64,000 nt of DNA from positions 21,687 through 85,686 of the forward strand of contig JBAZMW010000004.1 of NCBI GenBank assembly GCA_041649575.1, written 5' to 3'. Source of the DNA: Patescibacteria group bacterium. Lineage in GTDB: Bacteria > Patescibacteriota > Patescibacteriia > 2-01-FULL-39-33. This document shows, one piece after another, positions 53,863-63,707 of this stretch (positions are counted from its first letter, which is position 1; the number at the start of each line of letters is the position of its first letter). The notes beneath the pieces were generated by a model, which was given only the letters and a program-made list of their open reading frames with translations, made no database searches and was not told where the DNA came from. A program made the translations under genes and the position numbers.

Positions 53863-56757
53863 TTATTTTATTTCTAAATTCAACTTAGCGGTAGGTGTTT
53901 TTTTGTTATTTAGATCAAATATATAGCCGTAAATTTCATAATGGCCGGGACTGATTGTCTTATTCCAAATAATGGAAATGTCGGCTTTTTGGGGTTCACT
54001 GTAGCCCAAATATCCCTCTGAGCCATCCCCTACTTTTTGATAGTAGAAATCAATTTTTTTTACCTTTTGCCAATTGGTGAGCTGGGCACGCAGGGTAATT
54101 GGCAGTTTAATAGTGAAATTATCCTCTGGATAGGACCAAGTAAAGACGGGCAGGGTTTGTGGTAAAAGAAGATTTAATTCCACAGATTTTTTGGTGGTAT
54201 TTTCCAAATCATCCTTGGCCAAAACCGATAGAGTATGATAGCCATTAGTTAAGGCTGATAAATTAAGGGAAGCGTCGCTGGAATCATTTTTGGTCTCAAT
54301 TAGCTTGTTATCCAAATAATATTCTATTTTTTTTATACCCCGTCTGGCTGATGCCGCTATTTCCACAGTTAGGCTGGCTTCTTTTATGGTTTGGTTGGGT
54401 AGTGGAGTAATAATAGTTAGGTTGGGCTGGTCGGCTTCCAGGTGAATATTATCATAATCCGTCGGCAAGTTTTGATTATTTTGGCTAGTGTCATAACCTT
54501 TCTCTTTTGCCCATCTTTGGACGGCCTGCTCCCAGTTATTAAATTGGGGATCGGCAGAGGGATTTTGGGGCGGCTCACCGTGAGGATCGTCTTTGTTTAT
54601 ATAATTTAAAATGTCGTGAATCTCTTTGATTTTGATTTCTTTAATGGTTGATTCCGGTGTGTATTGCGTGGCCAGTTTATTGGACATGGTATCGATTTTT
54701 ACAATGGTCTCCGGGCTGGTTTGGCCGTCTAAAATCGGCTTGCCGGTGGTTATTTTTTCTGGGGCAGTAAAATTTTCTGGGGCAGTATCTTTTAGCGCTT
54801 CAAGCATAAATTGATTCCAAATGGGAGCGGCAACAATACTGCCGTCGGCGCCGCGTTTCATTTCCTTATTGTTATTGTTGCCCACCCAAACGCCGGCTAC
54901 CAGGCTGGGCGTATAGCCAATAGTCCAAGCGTCATGATAATCATTGGTGGTACCGGTTTTAGCGGCGACAGGACGGTTTGGTAGGGTCAGTTTACTGCCT
55001 CGTCCAAAAATAAACGACCTGGCTTCATCGTCAGAAATAATACTGGTGGTTAAGCGGGCAATTTCCGGTTCTAAGATTTTTTTTGTTTTATCTTTGTACT
55101 CATAAAGCACCCGGCCTTGTTTATCTTCGATTTTAAGGATGGGGTTAAGCTCATGTTTTATGCCTTCTTGGGCCAAAACCGCATAAGCTCCCACGTGTTC
55201 CAAGAGTTTTATTTCCCCGCCACCCAAACAAATTGACAGACCAAAGCGGTCGCGATCCTTGAGGGTGGTATATCCCAGTGAGTCGGCCAGATCCAAAATA
55301 TTATTAATGCCGGTGAGGTAGGTGGTTTTAACGGCCGGGATATTAAGCGAGCCGGCCAGCGCCACTTTCATGGTTATGGGGCCGTGTTCTTTTAGGTCAT
55401 AATTTTTAGGCTCATATGGCTGGGAACCAGTGGTGTCGAAATTGGTATTAACATCATACAATACCGTGTCAGGGGTGTAGCCCTTAAGAAAGGCGGCGCT
55501 ATAAACGATCGGTTTAAAAGAAGAGCCGGGTTGCCTAGGTCTTAGGGAGACATTGACCTGGCCGTCAATTTCGTCATTAAAATAATCAACGGAACCAACC
55601 ATAGCCAGAATTTGTCCGGTTTTCGGATCGAGAGCGGTTAAAGAGGCGTTGGTAAAATTATATTTTTTACCATTAGTTTCCACTCCCGCTTTCACTGCCT
55701 CTTCCGCTATTTTTTGCTTGTCTAAATCTAAGGTGGTAAAAACTTTTAAACCTTCTTGAGTAATAAAATCTTCGCCATATTTTTCTGAAAGCAATTCCTT
55801 GATATACATGACAAAGTGCGGGGCGATAATTGACTCCCGAAGCGGTTTAAAAATAATTTTTTCCTGTTTGGCGGTTTTGGCCTGGTCTTGGCTAATGTAG
55901 CCCAACTCCGCCATGGAATCTAAAATATAACGCTGGCGAGCGATTAGCTTGTCTTTGTTGTTGCCATGGGGAGAATAATAGGTTGGGGCTTGAGGAATAG
56001 CAGCCAGAATGGCACTTTCGGCCAGCGTCAGTTCTTTGGCTGGTTTGCCAAAGAATGACTGAGAAGCAGCTTCAATGCCATAAATTATCGAGCCATAAGG
56101 TATTTCATTAAAATACATTTGTAAAATCTCGTCTTTACTGAACTTTTTCTCCAGTTGATAAGAAATTAAAAACTCTTTGATTTTACGAGTGTAAGTCTTC
56201 TCTCCAGTCAAAACCGCATTTTTTACAAACTGTTGGGTGAGGGTTGAACCACCAACCTTACTGCCGGTAAGAACATTTTTTATTAATGAACGGGCGATAC
56301 CTGTCAGACTAAAACCTTTATGCTTGTAAAAATCCCTATCTTCGGCGGCTAGAGTCGCTTGCTGGGCGAATTTGGGGATATCGTCTAATTTGATTAAAGT
56401 TCTCTTGATGTCGCCGTGTACATCATATAAAACAGTTTGCCCGGTGCGATCGTAAATTTTAGTGCTGACCGTCAGGTTGCGGTTGATTACTTTGTTGGGG
56501 CTGGGCAGGTCCTTGGAAATCCAGGCCAGAACTCCAATCGAAGAAAGCCCAACCAGAAGAATTATAAAAATTATTAGAGGTACTAGGGTACCAATCAGCT
56601 TCTTTAATCCTTTTTTGGGCGGCCGATAACTACTTTTGGCAAAGGTTAGATCGGCTTGATGGTGGGTCTTGTCTTTCTGGCGCCGTGATTTTTTCAGATA
56701 AACCGGATTACGCCAGTCTGGCGTGGGTTTGCGAGGAGAGAGTTGAGGTATGGTCAT
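53863..56757 (-). CDS. class A penicillin-binding protein (glycosyltransferase + transpeptidase) with C-terminal extension
   Basis: N-terminal TM; GT51 motifs (EDRDFYKHKG ... GGSTLTQQ); TPase SxxK/SxN/KTG. Confidence 0.85.
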   Translation of the reverse strand: MTIPQLSPRKPTPDWRNPVYLKKSRRQKDKTHHQADLTFAKSSYRPPKKGLKKLIGTLVPLIIFIILLVGLSSIGVLAWISKDLPSPNKVINRNLTVSTKIYDRTGQTVLYDVHGDIKRTLIKLDDIPKFAQQATLAAEDRDFYKHKGFSLTGIARSLIKNVLTGSKVGGSTLTQQFVKNAVLTGEKTYTRKIKEFLISYQLEKKFSKDEILQMYFNEIPYGSIIYGIEAASQSFFGKPAKELTLAESAILAAIPQAPTYYSPHGNNKDKLIARQRYILDSMAELGYISQDQAKTAKQEKIIFKPLRESIIAPHFVMYIKELLSEKYGEDFITQEGLKVFTTLDLDKQKIAEEAVKAGVETNGKKYNFTNASLTALDPKTGQILAMVGSVDYFNDEIDGQVNVSLRPRQPGSSFKPIVYSAAFLKGYTPDTVLYDVNTNFDTTGSQPYEPKNYDLKEHGPITMKVALAGSLNIPAVKTTYLTGINNILDLADSLGYTTLKDRDRFGLSICLGGGEIKLLEHVGAYAVLAQEGIKHELNPILKIEDKQGRVLYEYKDKTKKILEPEIARLTTSIISDDEARSFIFGRGSKLTLPNRPVAAKTGTTNDYHDAWTIGYTPSLVAGVWVGNNNNKEMKRGADGSIVAAPIWNQFMLEALKDTAPENFTAPEKITTGKPILDGQTSPETIVKIDTMSNKLATQYTPESTIKEIKIKEIHDILNYINKDDPHGEPPQNPSADPQFNNWEQAVQRWAKEKGYDTSQNNQNLPTDYDNIHLEADQPNLTIITPLPNQTIKEASLTVEIAASARRGIKKIEYYLDNKLIETKNDSSDASLNLSALTNGYHTLSVLAKDDLENTTKKSVELNLLLPQTLPVFTWSYPEDNFTIKLPITLRAQLTNWQKVKKIDFYYQKVGDGSEGYLGYSEPQKADISIIWNKTISPGHYEIYGYIFDLNNKKTPTAKLNLEIK

Positions 56758-56813
56758 AAGAAAATTTTATTGAGACTATCGCAAGTATTTGTACTTTAAG
56801 ACAAGGATTGGTT

Positions 56814-57746
56814 TTAGCGGCGGTAAAATCTGGCTGCCTCTTCGGGAGAGATAGGATTGACGATTAGTCCGGAGCCGATCTCCACTCCTGCCCAAACGGA
56901 GCCACGTGGCGTTACTTTGAGATAGAGATGTTGATCGTTGTCGTTTATAACTTGATGGAAGTAATAATTATAAGGCAGATTAAGCTGGTTGATTTTATTT
57001 AGAACTTTCTTAAGCATCTTTGCCAGGCTAAAAAATTCAGCTTTTGTAAGCAAGGAGATGTTGTCTACGTGACGTTTGGGCATCAGCCAAATTTCATAGT
57101 TGTGCATCGGCGCCCAAGGGCAAAAAACAAGGAAATTTTTGTCTTCGAAGACGGCGCGCGGACCACGTTTTTCTTTTTTAAGGACATCACAATAAACACA
57201 TGAGCCATTTTGCAGCTTATAGTCACGGGTTCGTTGGGATTTGTCCTTTAGGTGCGGCGGCAAGAACTGAGTGGCAAAGATTTGGGAATGGGCGTGCCGC
57301 AAGGAAGCGCCGGCGGCACCCCCGTGGTTTTTAAAAATCAAAATGTATTCGATTTTTTTGTACCGGCTGATGATTTTGGTGCGCTCGGCGTAGATTTCTA
57401 ATATTTTAACCAGGTGACTATCAGAGAGATTTTCAACTTCTTGCAAATGATCCGGCGTCTCTATCACAACTTCCTGCCGACCATAGGCGCGGGGATTATC
57501 TTTACTAACTGCAGGAAATTTGTTACGGATGACTTTTATTAACCAGCCTCGGCTTTTTCCGGGCAAAAAGACGGTAGTGATCAACCGGCCCGCTTGGCCG
57601 ATTTTTGGGGGACAAAAAATGCAGTTTTTTTCGCCAGTTGAGATTGAAGCTTGAGGCAATTCTAAATCATGAGGCCGTCGGCCGCGTTTGGGCGCGATAA
57701 TGACGTATTTATTTTGGATGTAATCTTGGCGAATTTCTGATTTCAT
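56814..57746 (-). CDS. GalT-family (HIT superfamily) hexose-1-phosphate uridylyltransferase-like protein
   Basis: CxxC zinc site (CIFCP); HxHxQ motif (RHAHSQ); two HIT-like halves. Confidence 0.6.
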   Translation of the reverse strand: MKSEIRQDYIQNKYVIIAPKRGRRPHDLELPQASISTGEKNCIFCPPKIGQAGRLITTVFLPGKSRGWLIKVIRNKFPAVSKDNPRAYGRQEVVIETPDHLQEVENLSDSHLVKILEIYAERTKIISRYKKIEYILIFKNHGGAAGASLRHAHSQIFATQFLPPHLKDKSQRTRDYKLQNGSCVYCDVLKKEKRGPRAVFEDKNFLVFCPWAPMHNYEIWLMPKRHVDNISLLTKAEFFSLAKMLKKVLNKINQLNLPYNYYFHQVINDNDQHLYLKVTPRGSVWAGVEIGSGLIVNPISPEEAARFYRR

Positions 57747-57838
57747 CTTTTTATTTACTTAATATATCATTTTTTTCTAAGCTTTTCAATTAAAAAACGT
57801 CGATTGATTAAAATCGACATTTTTTAATTTTAATCTTA

Positions 57839-57970
57839 TTATTCTACTTCTTCTTCTGACTCTTCGGCATCTGGCTCCGTTTCGTCCCCTTCCTCGCCTT
57901 CTCCGTCAGTAAGGGGATCTAGCTCTGCATCGTCGTCAACCAAAGAGAGATTTTGGATTTCATCCAACAT
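57839..57970 (-). CDS. small highly acidic peptide (43 aa: MLDEIQNLSLVDDDAELDPLTDGEGEEGDETEPDAEESEEEVE)
   Basis: Manual translation of an intact short ORF between galT-like and ruvC; not in the ORF track. Confidence 0.25.
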   Translation of the reverse strand: MLDEIQNLSLVDDDAELDPLTDGEGEEGDETEPDAEESEEEVE

Positions 57971-58033
57971 ACTTAGTTGTTTATTAATTAAATAACTAAC
58001 AGTTTCTTTATTATAACTTTTTTATAAAAATTG

Positions 58034-58558
58034 TCAAGAGCCAAGTTGGCTGGTAAAATTTTGGTGATTTAGGCCACAAATAGCTATAGCTAGAGCGTCG
58101 GCCGCGTCATCCGGTCGGGGCACCTCCTTTAATCCAAGAATGGCTTTAACCATTAGCTGGATTTGTCTTTTGTCGGCTTGCCCGTAGCCAGTAATTCCTT
58201 GTTTGACTTGCAAAGGGGTAAACTCTTTGATTAAGAGATGGTTTTTTTCGCCAACCAAGAGGATCACTCCGCGGGCTTGCCCGACCATAAGGGCGGTTTT
58301 GACATTTTTGCAGAAGAAGAGCTGCTCGACGGCCAACAGTGTTGGCCGGTAAACTTTTATCAACTTGGTTAGTTCTCGTTCCAGACTTTCTAGGCGTTTG
58401 GCCAACTCTAAACCCTTTTTGGTTTTGATGGAGCCATAAGCCAGAAGAGTTAGCTGATTTTGTCTCTGGCTGATAAGACCATAACCAGTATCGGCTATTC
58501 CCGGATCGATGCCCAGAACAATGGAATTGGTTTTACCAGCTGGCATTGGTGTAGACAT
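58034..58558 (-). CDS. ruvC: crossover junction endodeoxyribonuclease RuvC
   Basis: RNase H-like fold with catalytic acidic residues (GIDPGIADTGYG ... LAVEQ ... DAADALAIAIC). Confidence 0.85.
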   Translation of the reverse strand: MSTPMPAGKTNSIVLGIDPGIADTGYGLISQRQNQLTLLAYGSIKTKKGLELAKRLESLERELTKLIKVYRPTLLAVEQLFFCKNVKTALMVGQARGVILLVGEKNHLLIKEFTPLQVKQGITGYGQADKRQIQLMVKAILGLKEVPRPDDAADALAIAICGLNHQNFTSQLGS

Positions 58559-59267
58559 TGCTTATTTCATCATAATCACTTAAAGCGTCATATAATTGGG
58601 AAATTTTGTTTTGCATTTCTGAATCAGAGACAATCAGTTTGTCTTTGGGGGCATAGACCAAGCCGGATTCAGCCGGGTTTATTCCTAATTTTTTTAGGGC
58701 CTCGTTAATTTTTAACAGCTCTTGGCTGGCGGTATAAATTTCCCAGTCAGCATCATTTTTTGTGATATCCAGAGCGCCCAGATCGATAAATTGGAGCTCA
58801 AGCTCATCGGGTTTTTTGTTGGACAATTGGTCAAGGCCCACGACAAGCAGGCCGCATCTTTCAAACATCCATAAAACACTATTGGGAGCACCCAGTTGGC
58901 CACCATTTTTATTCAGAATGTTCTTGAGCTGCGCCACGGTTCGGTTTTTGTTATCGGTAATGGCCTCGACAATAAAAGCGCTGCCGCCGGGACCAAATAT
59001 TTCATAGGTCACTTCCTCCAGGGCGCTGTCGCCGCTGGTCAAGCCAGCGCCTCTACTAATTGCTCGTTCGATGTTGTCTTTTGGCATGTTGGCTTCACGA
59101 GCCTTATCAATCGCCAGGCGCAGTTTAAAGTTGCTATTAGTATCAGAACCGCCTTCTTTAGTGGCGATGGTTATGAGGTTGGCTAACTTGGTAAAAATAG
59201 CACCTCGTTTGGCGTCTTGGGCCGATTTTTGGCGGTGGGTGGTGGCCCACTTACTGTGTCCGGACAT
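58533..59267 (-). CDS. yebC: YebC/PmpR family DNA-binding transcriptional regulator
   Basis: MSGHSKWATTHRQKSAQDAKRG is the family N-terminal signature. Confidence 0.85.
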   Translation of the reverse strand: MSGHSKWATTHRQKSAQDAKRGAIFTKLANLITIATKEGGSDTNSNFKLRLAIDKAREANMPKDNIERAISRGAGLTSGDSALEEVTYEIFGPGGSAFIVEAITDNKNRTVAQLKNILNKNGGQLGAPNSVLWMFERCGLLVVGLDQLSNKKPDELELQFIDLGALDITKNDADWEIYTASQELLKINEALKKLGINPAESGLVYAPKDKLIVSDSEMQNKISQLYDALSDYDEISNVYTNASW

Positions 59268-59400
59268 AAAGGTTAAAAAATTTGATGAAGATTATTGATT
59301 AATATACCCCATTGAAGCCAAAAAAGCAACCAAAAATAATTTTGTCATTAGGGGTGATTTCTGTTAAAATGTAATCAATTAATAGCTAAACTAAAAAGCA

Positions 59401-60474
59401 ATGAAAAATTTTTTAGACGATATTGACGAATTAAAAAAGTATAACCAATTGAAAGAAACAGAATCGGTAGCTTTTTTGCCGGAGCAGCTGCTAGATTCGT
59501 GGCAATCGGCTAAAGTGACCGCCCTTAAGATTACTCCCCAGAAGTTTAACAATCTGGCCGTTTGCGGTATGGGCGGATCAAATTTGGCCTCGGAAATAAT
59601 CAGAGGCGTTTATAGCGAACAGCTGGAACAGCCATTAATTTTAATCAGAAACTATGGTTTGCCAAAATGTATTAAGATTGGCAGTTTGGTGATTATTTCC
59701 AGTTATTCCGGTAATACCGAAGAAACTATCAGTTGTTTTTTGGAGGCCAAAAAGAGAAAAGCCAAAATAGTTTGTATTTCCAGCGGCGGCCGGTTGGAAG
59801 CCTTGGCCAAGAAGACTAAAACGCCATTTTTCAAGTTAAACAGCAGATACAATCCATCGAAACAGCCGCGCTATGGCCTGGGCTTGCAGTTAATGGCAGT
59901 TTTAGTAATTTTTTGCAAATTAAAATTGATTAAAATCGGTGACCGGGAGGTGATTGGCCTGGCCAGGCACCTTAAAGGATTGGATCGGTCTTTGGGTTGG
60001 GCGGCAAAAACCGATATTAATCCAGCCAAGCAGGCGGCGATCTTTTTGAAAGGCAGTGTGCCTTTGGTGGTAGGCTCTGGTTTTTTGGCAGCCAACGCTC
60101 ATATTCTGGCCAATCAACTTAACGAGAGCGCCAAGGTTTTGGCCTATCCTTACCTGTTGCCAGAATTAAACCACCATTTATTAGATGGTCTGATGTTGCC
60201 ACCAGCCAGCGCCAGACAAATAAAATTTTTATTTTTTAATTCCAATCAGCTCCACCCCCGGATCCAAAAGAGATATAAGATTACGCAAAAAATATTAAAA
60301 AAGCAAAAAATAGAGTTTATGGAATATCTGCTTGCCAGTGACGAAAAGCTGGCTTCGAGCCTGGAAATTCTATTTTTTGGGTCTTACCTAAGCTTTTATC
60401 TGGCGGTTTTAAATCAGCAAGAGCCGGCCGCGGTGCCCTGGGTCGACTATCTTAAGGCGGAATTAAAAAAATAA
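59401..60474 (+). CDS. bifunctional phosphoglucose/phosphomannose isomerase (SIS domain)
   Basis: Two SIS domains (CGMGGSNLASEI ... ISSYSGNTEET ... VGSGFLAAN). Confidence 0.65.
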   Translation: MKNFLDDIDELKKYNQLKETESVAFLPEQLLDSWQSAKVTALKITPQKFNNLAVCGMGGSNLASEIIRGVYSEQLEQPLILIRNYGLPKCIKIGSLVIISSYSGNTEETISCFLEAKKRKAKIVCISSGGRLEALAKKTKTPFFKLNSRYNPSKQPRYGLGLQLMAVLVIFCKLKLIKIGDREVIGLARHLKGLDRSLGWAAKTDINPAKQAAIFLKGSVPLVVGSGFLAANAHILANQLNESAKVLAYPYLLPELNHHLLDGLMLPPASARQIKFLFFNSNQLHPRIQKRYKITQKILKKQKIEFMEYLLASDEKLASSLEILFFGSYLSFYLAVLNQQEPAAVPWVDYLKAELKK

Positions 60475-60549
60475 TTAAGCCGGAAATTATTTTTGGCGGG
60501 GTTTGCAAACCCCGCTAATTTTGTTATAGTTGGTTTATAAAAATTATTT

Positions 60550-62193
60550 ATGTTTTTAGGTATTTTCATTAGAGTCAACAGGTGGTTAGAGCAAAATAAT
60601 TTACTGGCATATTTAATAATATTTTTGATTTGTCTGGTCGTTTTTTCTTGGTTGCAGTATGCCCCAGTCTTTCCCGATCCAGACTCTTTTTATCATGTTA
60701 AACTAAGCCAACTAATGGGGCAGGGTGGGATCATAAAAAGTTTTCCTTATCAGCAATTCACGATTTTAAAAGATGGTTATATTGATCATCATTTTTTGTA
60801 TCATCTGTTTTTGGTGCCCTTTGTCACCTATTTGCCCTCACCGCTCGGTGGCAAGTTGCTTCAGGTGATTTTGGATTCTTTGTTGGTTTTGACTTTTTTT
60901 TGGTTGTTAAAAAAGTTTAAGATCAGGGGAGCTTTTTGGTATGTTTGGTTGTTGTTTCTGGGAACGACTTTTATTTTTCGTATCAGTCTAGTCAAAGCCC
61001 AGCCCTTGTCTATCATCATTCTCTTTTTAGGCGTCTATCTGATTCTGAGTCGTCGTTATTTTAAGCTTATGGCTCTGGCTTTTGTTTACGTTTGGGCCTA
61101 CGGCGGCTGGTTTTTGCTATTAATTCTAACTTTGATTTATATTTTCACTGTGGCTCTAAATCAGGCCGTAAAAGAAACAGACGTCGGTCGAGTTAGAAAA
61201 ATTTTGATAAAAACCGGCTGGCTAAAAAGAAGGTGGCTGCTTAATTTTGTTAAGGGCTTGATAAACGGTTTGTTTAAGGCCGACAATTTTAAGCTGCTGG
61301 CCAGCGTGGCTGGCGGTTTATTGCTGGGAGTTGTCATTAATCCTTATTTCCCGCAAAATCTGAATTTTTATTGGGTGCAAATAGTTCAAATTGGTTTGGC
61401 TAATTACCAGCATCTTATTGGTGTCGGCGCGGAGTGGTATCCTTATAGTTTCCCGGATTTTTTAAAGAATTTAGCCGTACCGCTCGTCTTGGCGCTGCTG
61501 GCTTTAGTCTTGTATCTCGATTATTATAAAAAATACAGCGTGGCAGTAAAATATTTGAGTTTTATTTTCTTATTTTTTTTGATAGCCACCATTAAATCCA
61601 GAAGGAACATCGAGTATCTGGTGCCTTTTTGCTTGTTGTTCGTCGCTATGGTTTTTAGCGCCGCCAGCCAACTGAAAGAAGTAAAAGGAGCTTTGGCGGT
61701 TTTTAGAGAGAGAATTTGGCAGACCCTTTTTATTAAACAATCGGTCAATCTCTTGCTAATAGCGGCGTTAGTGCTGCTGTTCGCCAATTCGCTTTTGGGG
61801 GTCAAAAGCAGCTTAAGTCGCGGCTGGAATTTTAATTATTTGCAGGCGCCGTCCGAGTACCTAAAAAACAATTCTCAAACAGGCGACATCGTTTTTACCA
61901 GTGATTGGGACGAATTTACGGTGCTTTTTTATCATAACGATAAGAATTATTATCTAAATGGGCTGGACCCGACCTTCATGTATTTGTATAATAAAGACCT
62001 CTATCGCCAGTGGCGCGACATTACCGAGGGCAAGAGATCGGGGGAAATTTACGAGATTATAAAAAATAATTTTCGGGCCAAATACGTTTTGGTTTCCCAG
62101 GGCCATACGGCCATGGAGAATAACTTGGATAATAATTTTCGTTTTAAAAGAGTTTATCAGGATAAAGAAGCCACTCTTTATCAGGTTTTATGA
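60550..62193 (+). CDS. polytopic membrane protein, putative GT-C fold glycosyltransferase
   Basis: At least 12 predicted TM helices; overlaps the downstream GT2 start by 4 nt (operon). Confidence 0.5.
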   Translation: MFLGIFIRVNRWLEQNNLLAYLIIFLICLVVFSWLQYAPVFPDPDSFYHVKLSQLMGQGGIIKSFPYQQFTILKDGYIDHHFLYHLFLVPFVTYLPSPLGGKLLQVILDSLLVLTFFWLLKKFKIRGAFWYVWLLFLGTTFIFRISLVKAQPLSIIILFLGVYLILSRRYFKLMALAFVYVWAYGGWFLLLILTLIYIFTVALNQAVKETDVGRVRKILIKTGWLKRRWLLNFVKGLINGLFKADNFKLLASVAGGLLLGVVINPYFPQNLNFYWVQIVQIGLANYQHLIGVGAEWYPYSFPDFLKNLAVPLVLALLALVLYLDYYKKYSVAVKYLSFIFLFFLIATIKSRRNIEYLVPFCLLFVAMVFSAASQLKEVKGALAVFRERIWQTLFIKQSVNLLLIAALVLLFANSLLGVKSSLSRGWNFNYLQAPSEYLKNNSQTGDIVFTSDWDEFTVLFYHNDKNYYLNGLDPTFMYLYNKDLYRQWRDITEGKRSGEIYEIIKNNFRAKYVLVSQGHTAMENNLDNNFRFKRVYQDKEATLYQVL

Positions 62194-62921
62194 AAATTTT
62201 AATTGTCTTTCCGGTTTATAACGAGCAGCTGATTGTGGAGAAGAGTGTCAGACAAACGCTGGATTTTTGTCGAGGAAATTTTTGCTCCGATCGGTTCAAA
62301 ATCGTGGTGGCCGACAACAATTCAACCGACAAGACGGCGGAAGTGGTTAAGGGGCTGGTCGGGGAAACAGCCGAACTGGAGTATTTTTTCATTCCGGAGA
62401 AAGGCAAGGGTCTGGCTTGGCGTAGCGTTTTTTTGCAAGAGACGGCCGACATTTATATTTTTATGGATGTTGATCTGGCGGTGGCTCTCGAGGATCTTAA
62501 ATCTCTAGTGGCAGGAATAAAATCGGGCTATGCTTTGGTAATCGGTTCGAGATTTTTGGCAGCGGCCAAGGTGGAGCGATCTTTTTTGAGAAGCTTGGTT
62601 TCTTTCACTTATCGTTTTTTGGTGCGGCTGATGCTGAAAAGTAAAATTAGCGATTTTCCTTGCGGCTTCAAAGCCTTAAACCAAACAATCAAAGAAAAGG
62701 TTTTGCCTCTGACGCAGGACAAACTGTTTTTTTTGGACACGGAGCTGGTGGTGCTGGCCGAAAAAATGGGTTACCGGATCAAAGAGGTGCCGGTTAACTG
62801 GTCGCAGTTTCGCGATCTGGCCAGGAAGAGCACAGTTAATATTATGGAAACCGCTGTCGAGTATTTTGTAAAAATCTGGCGGTTAAGAAAAAGGATAAAC
62901 AATTTATCAGAACGTCGCTGA
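62190..62921 (+). CDS. family 2 glycosyltransferase (polyprenol-phosphate sugar transferase, DPM1-like)
   Basis: GT-A motifs VFPVYNE ... DNNSTDKT ... DVD (DxD). Confidence 0.75.
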   Translation: MKILIVFPVYNEQLIVEKSVRQTLDFCRGNFCSDRFKIVVADNNSTDKTAEVVKGLVGETAELEYFFIPEKGKGLAWRSVFLQETADIYIFMDVDLAVALEDLKSLVAGIKSGYALVIGSRFLAAAKVERSFLRSLVSFTYRFLVRLMLKSKISDFPCGFKALNQTIKEKVLPLTQDKLFFLDTELVVLAEKMGYRIKEVPVNWSQFRDLARKSTVNIMETAVEYFVKIWRLRKRINNLSERR

Positions 62922-63037
62922 AGTCAGCGGCGTTTTTTGGCTATTGACATTTTGGGTTATTTTTGGAATAATGGAGCGTTACCCTGGAGGTAATGAACAT
63001 TGGTCAACAAATCCCCTTTTCGGGGTATGGGAGAGCG

Positions 63038-63625
63038 ATGATGAACAGGAACAGGCAAGCGGTATTTCTGGTGATTTTGGCGGTTGCGGCGGCTGGGTGT
63101 TCGACGACGGTCAGTCCCAACGGCTATCGTAGGGACTTTCTGACTTTCGGCGGCGAGCGGTATCAGAAGTACCAAGACCCGCGGCTGGAGGCGAATTCCG
63201 GAGTCGTGGCTTACAGTGGCATTAACGGCCCAAGCGGTCCATACGCGGCCGCGTTGGCAGTCGGCAGTATCTCCGACCCGGCGGCGCGGCGTGATGCGGC
63301 CGAGACCATAAAGAGCGTGGCCGAGAATGAAGGAGCCTATGGCGGCGGACGAGCGGCCGGTGGCTACCGCGGCTATCACGGCGGGTTTAGACAGTTGGGC
63401 TATCTGCTCAACAACAGCAACGAAACGCGTTTTGTCAGTGTTGACGGCAGCCGGCCGATCGAGGTGCTGCCTTGGCGCAAGTTGTTTCTGGAGCTGCTGC
63501 CCGGCGACCACCAGCTGGTGGTGACAAGCCGGAGCGGCGCTTTCATCAAGGAACGGTCTTTCGTCGTGAATGAGGAAAGGCGCGATGCGCCCGATCACCT
63601 CCACGATTGGATGCAGAACATTTAG
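63038..63625 (+). CDS. putative lipoprotein, GC-rich (about 60%)
   Basis: Promoter TTGACA-17-AATAAT at 62945-62975; signal peptide with lipobox VAAAGC; opposite-strand ORF 62957..63652 judged spurious. Confidence 0.5.
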   Translation: MMNRNRQAVFLVILAVAAAGCSTTVSPNGYRRDFLTFGGERYQKYQDPRLEANSGVVAYSGINGPSGPYAAALAVGSISDPAARRDAAETIKSVAENEGAYGGGRAAGGYRGYHGGFRQLGYLLNNSNETRFVSVDGSRPIEVLPWRKLFLELLPGDHQLVVTSRSGAFIKERSFVVNEERRDAPDHLHDWMQNI

Positions 63626-63654
63626 GGGGAGTGTAAACAGGCACAAGAACAAAA

Positions 63655-63702
63655 GGGACGCGAGATCTCGGAAATCGCGCCCCTTGAAATTTTTATTACA
63701 GA
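63655..63702. terminator. bidirectional intrinsic terminator between convergent genes
   Basis: GGGACGCGAgatctcggaaaTCGCGCCCC followed by TTGAAATTTTTATT. Confidence 0.5.
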
Positions 63703-63707
63703 CGAGA

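Noticed and set aside
62957-63652. 231-aa minus-strand ORF overlapping the lipoprotein gene
   Set aside because: In a 60% GC segment both strands stay open by chance. The plus-strand frame has a promoter, RBS and a lipoprotein signal peptide, whereas the minus frame is Arg/Pro-rich antisense-like sequence.
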